A stretch of DNA of 63,448 bases, filler included, from Collodictyon triciliatum (taxonomy: Eukaryota): NCBI GenBank assembly GCA_043381765.1. It is 9 parts of 9 records of this genome, joined end to end, with 100 filler letters (N's around TTAATTAATTAA, not from the genome) between each part and the next. Parts side by side here need not be neighbours in the genome. Positions count along the whole stretch, not along the records: positions 23,294 to 31,003 come from JBHJMP010003799.1; positions 31,104 to 38,758 come from JBHJMP010003800.1; 7 more parts are not named here. One strand, 5' to 3'. Position 1 is the stretch's first letter. Each line of letters begins with the position of its first letter. The translations under genes and the position numbers were made by a program. Of the stretch, positions 23,294-35,200 are shown one piece after another. Below the pieces are notes generated by a model. It was not told the DNA's origin. It did no database searches and saw nothing but the letters and a program-made list of their open reading frames with translations.

Positions 23294-25120
23294 AGTCAGT
23301 AGATAGGGTCTCAGGGCTCTGCCACGTCTCTTGAAGACAGATGATATCCGCGTGGGTGAAAAGAGCTGTCTTGTAAACCTCTTTCCGCCTGTGGAGGTCG
23401 TTAATCCCCCTAGCGTTCCATGACAGAACGCCGAAACGCATGGTCTGCTATTAATGGATTGAGTGAGGTCCCTCCGTGAGAGCAGCATTGCTCTCGTTGT
23501 ATTCAGTCGTGTTTGCGGATATCTGTGTTGAATCAGTCGTGGTAGTTGGGGGTGTTTCTGTGGCTATGGTTGTTGTATTTGTTTCGGAAGTTATTATTGG
23601 TGTCCCAGCATGCATCTGTCGCAATTTTGGCGCTGATAGTTTCCTTGTGAGTTGTGCGGGTGACGCTACGGCCTCTGCGGTGGGAAGTTGTGTGTTTTCC
23701 GGCGAGGCTGTCAGCTCATTGTTTGTTCTTTTTCGGGATTGGCTTGTGCGAGCTATACGCATGGGTGTTACAGCATGCTGGTGGTTTGTTTTGTTAGGGG
23801 CGCCCTCGAATCTTGGAAATTGCGATGTGAAGCCGATGCTGCTTTAGAGTGTTCCTGATTCAGTCACTGTCTCTTGGGACGCAGGTGAGAGATAGAGCGA
23901 GTCGTTGCTGGAGTTTGCTTCTTTAGGGCTATTCGATTTTTGCACGTGCTTTGCTAGAGTCACGTCAGGGCTCCTATGGAGCATGAAGCTGGCTATGTTT
24001 GGTTGTCTTGTCGACTTGGATTGAGGCGCTGGTGAAGGTCTTTCTACTCTCGGTGGTTTAGATTGGGGTTTGGAGCTCAGGTTTGCTGTTGGTGTATTTG
24101 GTGTAGTCGTCTTATTCTCAGGGGTTCTTCCAGACGAAGAAGCCGTGCCTTGGTCTGTTTGTTCGGTTGATTTCAGGATGACGCGCGTTTCCAAAGTCTC
24201 ATTTACTTCCTGTGGTAGTTCCTTGCGAGGAGCTTCTTGGTTGGGTGGCGGTAATGGGCTGAGGCGGTTCATCATCCTCGTCTTCCATGGCTTCGGGTGA
24301 TGGTGCCCGGAGGGTTGGGCCGTCTTTCACCCCTGGACTGCGTGGGTTGCGAGGGTTTGCGGTTGGGTTTACCGTGGTATTTGCCCTGGTGCTTGTTATG
24401 TTTGGTATCGTGTTGGGGCTTCTCCTTCCGTTCGGGGAGGAGTATAAAGGGGACGAGGAATCCTTGCAGGTTTATTTTCTTTTTTGGCACTTTGGGTAGT
24501 TCTGATGCCGGGAACTTGTCCAGCGCGTCATTGGTCCAGATACCGTCCACAGCTTCGTAGTAAACTACGGTAGGCGAGAATGATGCTTTGCAGGCCTCTT
24601 CAATGTCTGCATTGGTGAAGCCTGGGGTATGTCGCCGATGATATCAGAGTGGAGAGGTGGCCTCTCTTGGTACGGGCGGAAAGAGCGGTTGATTAGTTTA
24701 AACTGTCCTGCTTTGGCAAACTCTGGGGCGTTTTGTTGTTGCGGGTTAGCTGCTGTGTATCCTTGGGGTTGAATGTACAGTTGCATGATGACGTTCTCCT
24801 CGTAGCACTTGAATTGTTGAAGGACTTCGGCGAGCTCTTTCTTCGCTTGGTTGCGGGCTTCGTGGTTCCGGGGCAGTTTGTGCTTACCTCGAAGGCGGAC
24901 GTAGCAGCCGGCTCCGTTCAGGTTCTGCTCCTGGGCTCTCTTTGGTCGGCGGATCGGTGTGGCCGAGGGGTCTCGGTTGAGCGGATTACACGATTCTTGT
25001 GCGTTCGAGTTTGTTTGTCTCAAGCTTGCGCTTTCGACCTCCACACTCGAGTCGGGCTCCATGAGTTGCTCCAGACGAGATCGAGGATATCCTCTTTGAT
25101 TAGGGAGCGTTAGCTACTTG
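23294..25120 (-). mobile_element. L1/Tx1-clade non-LTR retrotransposon 5' part: frameshifted ORF1 (about 25062-23451) and ORF2 APE endonuclease start (23441 to contig edge)
   Basis: MRFGVLSWNARGIN..RRKEV..HADIICLQETW is the APE N-terminal motif. It is preceded by a 9-nt spacer and a long Ser/Thr/Pro-rich ORF1. Confidence 0.88.
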
Positions 25121-25149
25121 ATCGGGTTAAACAATTTTTGACCCAAGTG

Positions 25150-25942
25150 TAGCCGCTGGAAATACAGGGACCCAATCCAAACTCCTCGTCCAATTTTGTG
25201 ATTCACTTGGCTGCGATAATTGGTTTCAGAACACTGGATGAAAGAATGTAAAAGTATTCCAATTTGTGATTGGCATGGGATTTGGCGTCATCAGAGTTGT
25301 TTGGATAAATATATCAAGGTGATTTGAGAAAGTGATAATTAACTCTCTTGATTTTATTCTAAACGCCTTTTTCTTTATGTTTTTATAGCGTTGCATGACC
25401 CATACCTGATATCTGCTTGGCAAGAAATAATCTTAACGGTGGCATTGAAGCTGCCTCTACAATATTTGAGAAGCTCCAATTATTGAATTTTTTGGATTTA
25501 AGCTATAACACCATTAGTGGAAATCTTCCAAACTTTAATCTTCCAAGTTCTTCGTATTTGAGCCTATATAGAAATCGAATTACCGGAACAATTCCAGACT
25601 TTCAAGGAATGCTGAATCTCGACCATCTTAAGTTTGATAGGAATGAATTACAAGGAACAATACCAGATTTTTCTGAATTTCGGTCGCTGAAGACATTATA
25701 TGTTGGTGTGACTGAAAAAATCATGGGTATCAAGTAATTTTAATAAAAAAAATTAAGATTCTAATGATATTTTTAATTGAAGGAACTGTACCAAATTTCT
25801 CGTCGTTGCCAAATGTTCACAACCTTCAGATTTGTAACAGCAATCTTCATGGTTTGGTTCTATTTATTTATCTAATCGAAAGTGACAGTGTTATTTTAGC
25901 CTAAATTACATTTATTTCAGGAACGTTTCCCGCGCCTGATTT
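25150..25942 (+). pseudogene. Plant-type extracellular LRR (LRR-RLK/RLP-like) gene remnant
   Basis: LRRNT-like cap GCDNWFQNTG*..CDWHGI with an in-frame stop, then LDLSYNTISGNLP, LYRNRITGTIPDF, DRNELQGTIPDF and short exons at about 25782-25851 and from 25921. Confidence 0.7.
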
Positions 25943-25944
25943 TT

Positions 25945-27140
25945 AATCAAGCTTCCCAGGCCTGATTGAAAACACAAGCAGTGACCCGTCGAACGCTTCG
26001 CAAGTTGCAGCCTGTTCTTCTGGTTCCAACGCTGGTGCAGAAAATCCCGAGTTGCACGTAAGTCTAGGAAGACCCTTGCAAGGAAGCCACCTGCAAGTCT
26101 GTCTGAGTGGACAGTATTTTTGCACGGGGTCGAGCAAGTCGTCTACAACAAGAATAAGGCCCGCAGACTCACATATGCACTCGCCTCTTTCTTGAAAGCG
26201 AACAAACTTTGGGAAGAGTCCATCCAATTGTGCTTACCGGACAGCGAAGGCCTCTGCCTGATTGCCTTCCACACTGCAGAAAACGTCCGAAAGCTTCTGG
26301 AACTGAAGCAGGTAAGTTTGAGCGATATTATGGGCAGCTTCAGCAGAAGTAGACCAACAGAGACCTCGGCGATGCTCTACCAACTACCGCTGGACGTGTG
26401 GATGCAACTCCTTCGTGAGGAGCTGAAGCCATTCAGACCGACCCACGTGGACATAAAAAAGGGCAAAGGCTTCTTCACAGACACGGCCATGGTGAAGCTT
26501 CTTTGTCACAAGAACCAGCTCCCTGCAAAGTTTACAGTCATGGGAAAAAAGTGTCCAAAGCGCATCCTCAAAGAGCGTCTGCCAGTTGCAAATAACAAAC
26601 GACAAGTAAAAGCCCCGCAAAAGAATACATCTGCCAAACAGACAAGCAGCAACGGGTCAAGGAAGCCAAGGCCAGGCAACATCAGAGTCCGCAAGACTCA
26701 CTGCAGATACGCGCATACAGCGACAGCGACGATGACATGAAAGGAAAACTCGGTTCCTCTTCAGAATCCTCACACTCAAGCCCACAACCGCCAACACCGG
26801 ACAAGCCCGCACATCGCAAGACCCAAGAGCAGCGCATCTCCAAACCCCTTAAGAAATCCCCCCTTAAACTACCCATTCAGACGGACGTGAATATGGTTAA
26901 CATAGGAGGCCTCAAGGTAGTCTTCGTTACTTATCCGAAAGGATACTCCAAAGCGAAGGCAACACAAGAACCAGCGCCCACCAAAGATAGTCCGTTTACC
27001 CTGCCCCAGCCCGTCGCACCGAGAACCAAGGAGCAAGAGCAAACAGCACAAGTCGAATCCAAGCTTGGAACTTCACACACCAAAGACAGTCCGAGCAAGC
27101 AGGAGCGTATGTTTCTAAAACCACAAACGTGTATCAATAC
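25945..27140 (+). mobile_element. Probable ORF1 remnant of a second L1/Tx1-like retrotransposon
   Basis: RRM-like segment (LIAFHTAENVRKLL, AMLYQLPLDV..LREELKPF, LPAKFTVMGKKC) followed by a basic Ser/Pro-rich tail; GC-richer than flanks; frameshifted. Confidence 0.55.
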
Positions 27141-27144
27141 TCCG

Positions 27145-27619
27145 GTTAAGCAAAGTCCACTGCCGGCTACGCACGACTCCCGAAACCAGGGGACGGTCAA
27201 GCGCCACTTCCGATATTACCAGACAAATAACGATGTATCGCTTTTTGTCAGAGTCGCCCAGAAAGAAACACAAGGAAAGTGACCCGTTGTCCCCTCAAAA
27301 GACTCATCCAGTGGAATGAAATAGATGTAAAATTTATCTGATAGATGGTTGAAAGGACTCGTCGGAATCGATTTTAGAAGTAACTGTCATGTGCGTACTT
27401 TCATCGACCCGACAACTTTACCCGCTCTTCTGTCAGTCTCGAACACAACCAGAAATCGCGTTGGAGCTGATTCACCTCGGGTAGGATAGTCTGCGTGTGA
27501 GAAAAAACACTTTCCTTTCTACGTTTTTTTCTTTTTTTCTTCCTGTTTTTTCTTCCACCCAAAACACAAAAACTCCAACCACATAATCCGGGTTTTCCAC
27601 TGTGTTGTCCACAGCTCAT
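27145..27619 (-). repeat. About 470-bp dispersed repeat with zf-RVT-like coding remnant; second copy at 54758-55215 (+)
   Basis: Reverse-complement match to 54758-55215, which encodes KVRAWQLLRKSIPT...EETTGHFPC. Confidence 0.85.
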
Positions 27620-30129
27620 TTTTGTCCCATAAGCGAAGGCAGTTTCCTCAGCTTTGTTTTTCTCTCGATTGATTTTTTGAAATAAAATGGAAAAATAGGC
27701 TTTTTTTGTTTGTAAATCAAGGAACGAAATTCTCTCCATTTTTTTTTGTCTTCATTTTTATTTGTGTTTCGGTAGTGCATGATAGAATGAAAGTAGAAGG
27801 AGGGGAATGGCTCTCGGGAAAAAAGCTTGTGCTTAAAAAAACCCGGCCGTGAAAATGTGAGAAGAGGCGGGAGCAAGAGAAGAGAAGAGAGTCAAGTCAG
27901 CACCGTCGCATTTCTTTAAAAAAAAAATTGATTAACAAAATTATAAATTTAATTCAAGAGAACGTCAACAAATTTTGAAATCGATACTTACAACTCGAGA
28001 GTTGCACTAATCCAAGCGACCATAAAAGAATGAATAATCTGCCTGCATCTTCGAATCAGTAATAGGGTCGACACAAAATAACATCCCTTAATTTATATTT
28101 TGAGATAATAAAGAGAGTTAACATAGATGTGCTATAAATTAAAACCTTATCCCTGCTGTTCCCAAAATGATATATTGTTTTTCGTTGGCTTTAGTTTAAA
28201 CTTCATTTTGCAACAAAAGCATATTCACATGGTTTACAAGATTAAGCGCTTATCGTTTATGGTATTGAAATCGAATACAAATCATACGCGAATATTCTGA
28301 AACAAAATAAATATTAAAAAAAAAGGTTTTAAAAACAAATGAAAAGGTTGGATACCAACTACACGCTAATTAAAATGAGTAATATGGCGTTCATGTTTAC
28401 CGAGTCTCCCTGATAAAAAGTGAGCATCTCATCAGTGTAAATAAAATATCTCTTTTGAATATACTTTGAATTGAATACAAGAAAAAGGTCTGATTTCAAA
28501 AAATTATAAAACAAACAGCCTAATAATAAGAATGCAGAAGTGTGTGATACTAGGAAAATTATGAGGTTCTGGAAATGGAAGAAGCTTAATTGACAGCATT
28601 TGATAGATAAGACGATACCAGTTGCTTCTGTTTTGTGCGTTAGTCAATAAATGGTGTTTAAATGAGCGATGAAAAATAAATACCATTTCTCGCTGATTAA
28701 AATTTGCAGAAGAATAACACGGTTAGTATCTACAAATATATTCTGATATTTGAGTGAATATTAAAGCTTACAGCCTTTCATAACATTCGGTTAAACTTTT
28801 GATTGCCTCAAAATAACAAAATATCAGCTTACAATCTTAACCTGATGAAAAATATATATTTAGAATGTCAAGTGTAGCTGTACTGAAATTTTTGATTTTA
28901 TTATTATCCATTTTACCAGCTGAAGCTAGAGAAAGAAGTGCTTAATATTATGGATTTTTATTTGTGTTTGATTTCAATTCATCATTCTTACAGCCAGCTT
29001 ATAATAATGAGTAAGTAGAAAGAATTTCTATCAATTTTATATCTATTGACATATTACTTTCTGTTGGTGAATTATTTAATGTTAATATAAACAGTTCTAC
29101 AAAATAAAGATTCTTTTCGATTCTGTAATCTTACATCCTGATTTTAAGATAAATAAAATGCATATAATATTATTTTTCATTTATTGAATAATATTCAAAA
29201 TATCAAAAGAATTACTCCCTTTTCACAAATGGTTGATTAAGCAAACTGTTATCATCAATTTTGAATCAAATTATTGAACAATCATACTCCCTTTATAATT
29301 TAGTGATTAAAATTAGAATTAAGAATATGTTTACTAATGTTTTGAAATATGATTCCAATGAAACTGAAATTTTACAGCCTGATTAAAAAAATCATAATCA
29401 TAAATGAAATTTGTAAATAAACAATCAAAACTTGTTTTTTAGAGATAATATTAATACAATCAGTGTAAAAAACTCACGAAATTCTAAAATTTTATCGAAG
29501 ATTGAAAATGAAAATTAATTAAAAATATGATTTGTTCTTTTGGGGTTAACAAACGATATATAATCTGACTTACCATATCCTATAATTAATTTAACATATT
29601 TCAGCTAATATAGTTTGAAAATTATGAACGATAAAAATCATTTGTCTTTTAGTTACCAGCTAAGTATGAATATGTGTTTAGTAAGGTGAATAATATAATA
29701 TCAATATACGTCTTCCAAATTTATATTGCCAAATTACATGCGCTGGTTTCTGCGTAAATGATGTTTGAATTTTTAATTTTCTTAAATGGTTGAAAATTAA
29801 ACATACTTCAAACTATTGTGTTTATGAAATCTATATTGACTTCTAACTCACACTCTGAAATAGCCATCCAGGATGAGATTAAACAGAAATTAATATCAGC
29901 TCTTGAACGAAATTAAAATGCATGAAATTGTGTGATTGTGACATTTGCAGAAAAAACATACAAACTTGGATTGAGATTGGAATAAGAATAAAGTCTCAAA
30001 TTAAATGTCATATAAATCAACCAGATATTCACGGTTTCAATACATAACTGGTGAGCGCCAATTCCTTGAAAAACTATAAACCACACCATGTAACCTTCAA
30101 ACATAGTAAGAACTTACAGGCTATCATTT

Positions 30130-31003
30130 TTACAAACAAGTCACAGAAATCATATAAATATTGTATTATTGCGAATTTGTGTGTGTCTGTTGAACACGAG
30201 CTTCTTTTAATCATAGTCTATTCATATTTGCATTTACAAAAGCATGCTTAATTATTGTCATTTTCATATTATATTATCATTCAAGAACAATAAAGACTTA
30301 CATGCTATGATGATACACAAATGAGCAACAAAATCATATAAATATTGTATTATTGCGAATAAGTGTATGTCTGTTGGACACACATTTCCTTTAATCATAG
30401 TTATCCCATCTCTACATAAACAAATGTATGCTTCTTTCTTGTAATTTTCAGAATACGATATCATTCAAGAATAATAAGGACATACTCCCTATGATGATAC
30501 ACAAATAAGTCGCAGAAATCATATAAATATTGTATTATTGCGAATAAGTGTATGTCTGTTGAACAAACATTTCCTTTTATCATATCCATCACATATTTAC
30601 ATAAACAGATGTATGCTTCTTTTTTGTCATTCTCATAATAGATTATCATTCATGAACAATAAAAACTTACATACTATGATGATACACAAATAAGTAACAG
30701 AAATCATATAAATATTGTATTATTGCGAATAAGTGTATGTCTGTTGGACACACATTTCCTTTTATCATATCCATCACATATTAATAAAAACAAATATATG
30801 CTTCTTTTTTGTAATTTTCAGAATACGATATCATTCAAGAATAATAAAAACTTACTTCCTATGATTTTACACAAATAAGGAACAGAAATCATATAAATAT
30901 TGTATTATTGCGAATAAGTGTATGTCTGTTGGACACACATTTCCTTTAATCATAGTTATCCCATCTCTACATAAACAAATGTATGCTTCTTTCTTGTCAT
31001 TTT
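30130..31003. repeat. Tandem satellite, about 185-bp unit, about 5 copies to contig edge
   Basis: aaatcatataaatattgtattattgcgaat occurs at 30147, 30331, 30516, 30701 and 30886. Confidence 0.95.
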
Positions 31004-31103
31004 NNNNNNNNNNNNNNNNNNNNNNNNNNNNNNNNNNNNNNNNNNNNTTAATTAATTAANNNNNNNNNNNNNNNNNNNNNNNNNNNNNNNNNNNNNNNNN
31101 NNN

Positions 31104-31295
31104 AGAAAGAAGAAAGAAGAAAGAAGAAAGAAGAAAGAAGAAAGAAGAAAGAAGAAAGAAGAAAGAAGAAAGAAGAAAGAAGAAAGAAGAAAGAAGAAAA
31201 AAGAAAGAAGAAAAAAGAAAGAAGAAAGAAGAAAGAAGAAAGAAGAAAGAAGAAAGAAGAAAAAAGAGAGAAAAAGAAAAAGAAAAAGAAAAAGA
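31104..31295. repeat. (GAAAGAA)n purine microsatellite
   Basis: Directly visible. Confidence 0.95.
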
Positions 31296-31850
31296 GTGTA
31301 CGTCCAACTCCGCGCCGGGACACCCGGCAGGCGCGCACGCAACCCGACCCTCCCTCCGCGGACACTCTGCGACACTGAACCTGCCTCTGCAAATCACCGC
31401 AACACGCTATTGGCCTTGCAATTCGTCCACAACACACAGGCTGCACTTGCTTAATGTCAACTATCCACAAAAGGCGCGTTAAGGACAAAATTTGGGCAAG
31501 CCTTTCACCCACAACACAAACAACGGCCCTCTGCCAACGCCGCGCCCGAAACTCAAAAGAATGTCCCCCTTTGAGCCCATTCCGAAGCGTAGTGGCAGGC
31601 GCTATGTCCATGCTACATTAGCTCTTAAAGGCCAGGTAGGAAGTGGTTCCTTCCATAAAGCGCCATCCCGAATCCGCTTTTGGTGCGCGCGTGTTGGGCA
31701 CGGATTGCAACTTGCTGGCAAACGGATTTCGGCTATTAATATCTTATATGGAATTCCTAAAGAGGTATAATTGCTCGGGTACGGTATGACGGTTGTAAGG
31801 GATTCTCGCTGTGCTTCCTCGAATGTAGAGAAAAAAAGAAAGAAAAAAGG
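31296..31850 (+). mobile_element. Possible decayed 3' end of a non-LTR retrotransposon
   Basis: GC-rich island with KDKIW...KECP...YLIWN fragments ending in an A-rich tail. Weak. Confidence 0.3.
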
Positions 31851-32236
31851 GGAAAATAGATACCCAAGATATAATACATATACTTTTGTTAGTATTTCTA
31901 AATTTTGTGGACTGTTTAATGTTTTTTTTGGGAAGAGTTTTCATGAGGGTTTTGATTTATTATACTCTTTTATATTATAATTTTGTGTTCAGTTGTTTTT
32001 TTTTGAAAAAAAAAATATATAATATGGATGATTTTTCTTTAGTGAGGGATTCAACTACGTTTACAAGGCAAATGACACACAGCTACATCCTTTTAGTGTG
32101 GAGATCAGTTTTGTGATTTTGTTTCCTAAGTAGCCTCATTTGCTCGTTTTCTTCCATGCTCTTCACCTATATTTTCTCTTCATTTTCCAAAAAAAAAATA
32201 AAATAATCATGGCATTCTACCTCCACAGTTTGATTC

Positions 32237-35200
32237 TCATTCAGGAGGTTGTGCAAATGAGTTTTCCGTGGGTGGCAAAATTGTATCGTCAGAGGCAGAT
32301 TTGAATGTCCTGTTTAGGGCAATTAATAGAATAAACATCATAATTTTGAATCGAATAATGGAAGAAAAAGAATAAATGTCATCACGTAAGGCTGGATGTA
32401 AACATACTTCAAGTACTAGCTCAAATAACATTCGATGAATTGCAAATCATAAATATATCTTAAAAAAAAAAAAGAATATTTCACTTCCGGATTGCTTGGG
32501 TCAATACCTCTGAGATGGCGATTGTGAACGATTTTGACGACTATTATAATTATCATATCCTCGATTTCCCCTCGACTTGCGCCATTGGCTACCACTATGA
32601 TATTGTGACTCTTTTGCACCAAAGTGTCCTGATGAAGACGTTGTCATTTGTGAAGATGAAGGAGCAGATGACAGCGATTTAGGAACCCAGTTTCCCCCAA
32701 TATCACCGGGATGTTGCTGATACGGATATTTCTGGTGATGGTACTGGTGCGACTGACGGCGTGCGCTGTGATGTGTTCTATCCGTAAAGTAATCATGTCC
32801 TTTGAACTTCTCATCAGACGTTTTTGACAATGTGTTTGGGGCGCTCCAACCACTGCCTCTGGCTTGTACAGAGTTCCTTGTTGCGGAGTCTGGGCGGTCA
32901 TACAGATGTCCCCCATGATTGACAGACTGTAGCTGCGATTGCTGATTGGTGAAAGTGTTTCCTTGCGGAGTGACACGGGGATTAATCCCTCGACTGTTGT
33001 GAGGCCCTCCATTTTGTTGGCCGGAGTTTGGGCGAATAAAGTCTGGGGCCATATGATGGCTGCTATACTGAGCCTGCATTTGCATGGACGCGGATGCGTT
33101 GGCAGAAGATGGATTGGGTGTAGATGAGACCCACCCCATTGAATGGCGGGATGGGTTCGGCTCAGCAAGTATGGTTTGGCCATTGAATGGGGGCTGCATT
33201 CGGCCTTGGTTCGCTGGATACATGGTCGCATGTTGCATTTGCATGAGAGAATAGCGAGGTGGTTGTTGCGGTGGGAAGTTAGGTATCAACGAATATCCTG
33301 CATTTGGGTAGTCGAGTTTCCCATGGCGATGGAACATGTGCTCGTTCACACTGGGCTCCATTATTGATGCATGTGCGCGGTGGACTCCTGTCCGAGACAT
33401 AGGATGGATTCCACCGTTCAAATACGACTGGTTGGAAAGCCCATGGTGGTTATTGTAGAGAATTTGGTATGCATTGTGTAGCTGTTTTTCGAGCAATTCG
33501 ATATTCACAGCCATGCAATCGACTTCAGTTGCACTGGTTGAGCGTGACCGTGAAGGCGAGGAAAGGTTAGACTGAGCCACTGATGGCGCCAAACTTGCAT
33601 AATCAGAACCCTTTTGGGCTAAAAAGTTGATGTTTTCTGTCCCAGCGATGATACCAACATCGTCGTTGAGCTTCAGGCTACCAATTGGGGATATTGTGAA
33701 GCCGAAGTCAGATATGCGTCTATTGGAGGGTTCTTCATCCCCAAGCGAGTCTTCCATATCGTTTCCAGACAACGCAGCACCTGAGTCAGCAGTATGAGAT
33801 GTGCTTTGGTCGTCAAGTTCAATAGTGGAATCTGATTTGCTCATGGTTTCGAGTTGTATGGGTGTTTGTGTTGGAGATGTTAAAGGACGCAGGTTGTAGA
33901 TTTCACGGACCTGCATTTTTTTTAGTATATATAATAATAAGTTTAATATTTACTGAGTCATAAGTTAGCACTAATGTAGGTTTGGTATCAATAGAATATG
34001 CATATAAAAATATTGAATAGTGCGCCAGTATTTGAATCAAAGATGTAAAGATAGATCAACTTGAATTTGGCAAACGCCATAAAAATATGTATTCAATATT
34101 CCACCATTCTAGATATATTGAAAGGAAGAATAAAAAAAAAATCCTGATATTAAATATCATTCTACCTGAAAGCCCTCCATTCCTTTTTTGGCTTCTGGTG
34201 TATCTGGGCGGAGCTTTTCGCTGGTTCCGTGCCTTAGGAAAACTTGTCGAAAGAACTTATCAATCACATTGTTGCCATCGGCCGGTGACTGCTTTGTAAT
34301 CTCTAGAATTGTTTCAAATCCTCTACGAAATGCACTGCAAATTCTGAAGTAATTAGCCTAATTATTTATTCAAGAGACAAAAAAAGAAAAAAGNNNNNNN
34401 NNNNNNNNNNNNNNNNNNNNNNNNNNNNNNNNNNNNNNNNNNNNNNNNNNNNNNNNNNNNNNNNNNNNNNNNNNNNNNNNNNNNNNNNNNNNNNNNNNNN
34501 NNNNNNNNNNNNNNNNNNNNNNNNNNNNNNNNNNNNNNNNNNNNNNNNNNNNNNNNNNNNNNNNNNNNNNNNNNNNNNNNNNNNNNNNNNNNNNNNNNNN
34601 NNNNNNNNNNNNNNNNNNNNNNNNNNNNNNNNNNNNNNNNNNNNNNNNNNNNNNNNNNNNNNNNNNNNNNNNNNNNNNNNNNNNNNNNNNNNNNNNNNNN
34701 NNNNNNNNNNNNNNNNNNNNNNNNNNNNNNNNNNNNNNNNNNNNNNNNNNNNNNNNNNNNNNNNNNNNNNNNNNNNNNNNNNNNNNNNNNNNNNNNNNNN
34801 NNNNNNNNNNNNNNNNNNNNNNNNNNNNNNNNNNNNNNNNNNNNNNNNNNNNNNNNNNNNNNNNNNNNNNNNNNNNNNNNNNNNNNNNNNNNNNNNNNNN
34901 NNNNNNNNNNNNNNNNNNNNTTTGAATGTGAATGCACTGTTGAGGAAATTCATGATATCCAGTTCAATATTACCTGGTATATCCGCAAATGATTTTGTCG
35001 CTACTGGACCATATATTGAAAGACAATATTCTTCCCAGTTAAATTGAGAATATACGGCAAGGAATTCAGCAAGCACCTTTCAATAGAATGCAAAAAGTAA
35101 TTGGCATTTGATACATTTTTTTTTGGAAAAGATAAAAGAATAACACGTATGCGATTACGTCCCCGAAACAAATGAGCTACATACTTGAAAGGGAGTGGTC

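Noticed and set aside
28000-30130. Very AT-rich tract that could be an ancient pseudogene or foreign DNA
   Set aside because: No sustained frame or motif found.
30130-31003. Possible CRISPR-like array
   Set aside because: Whole units are homologous with no unique spacers, and there are no cas genes; it is a satellite.
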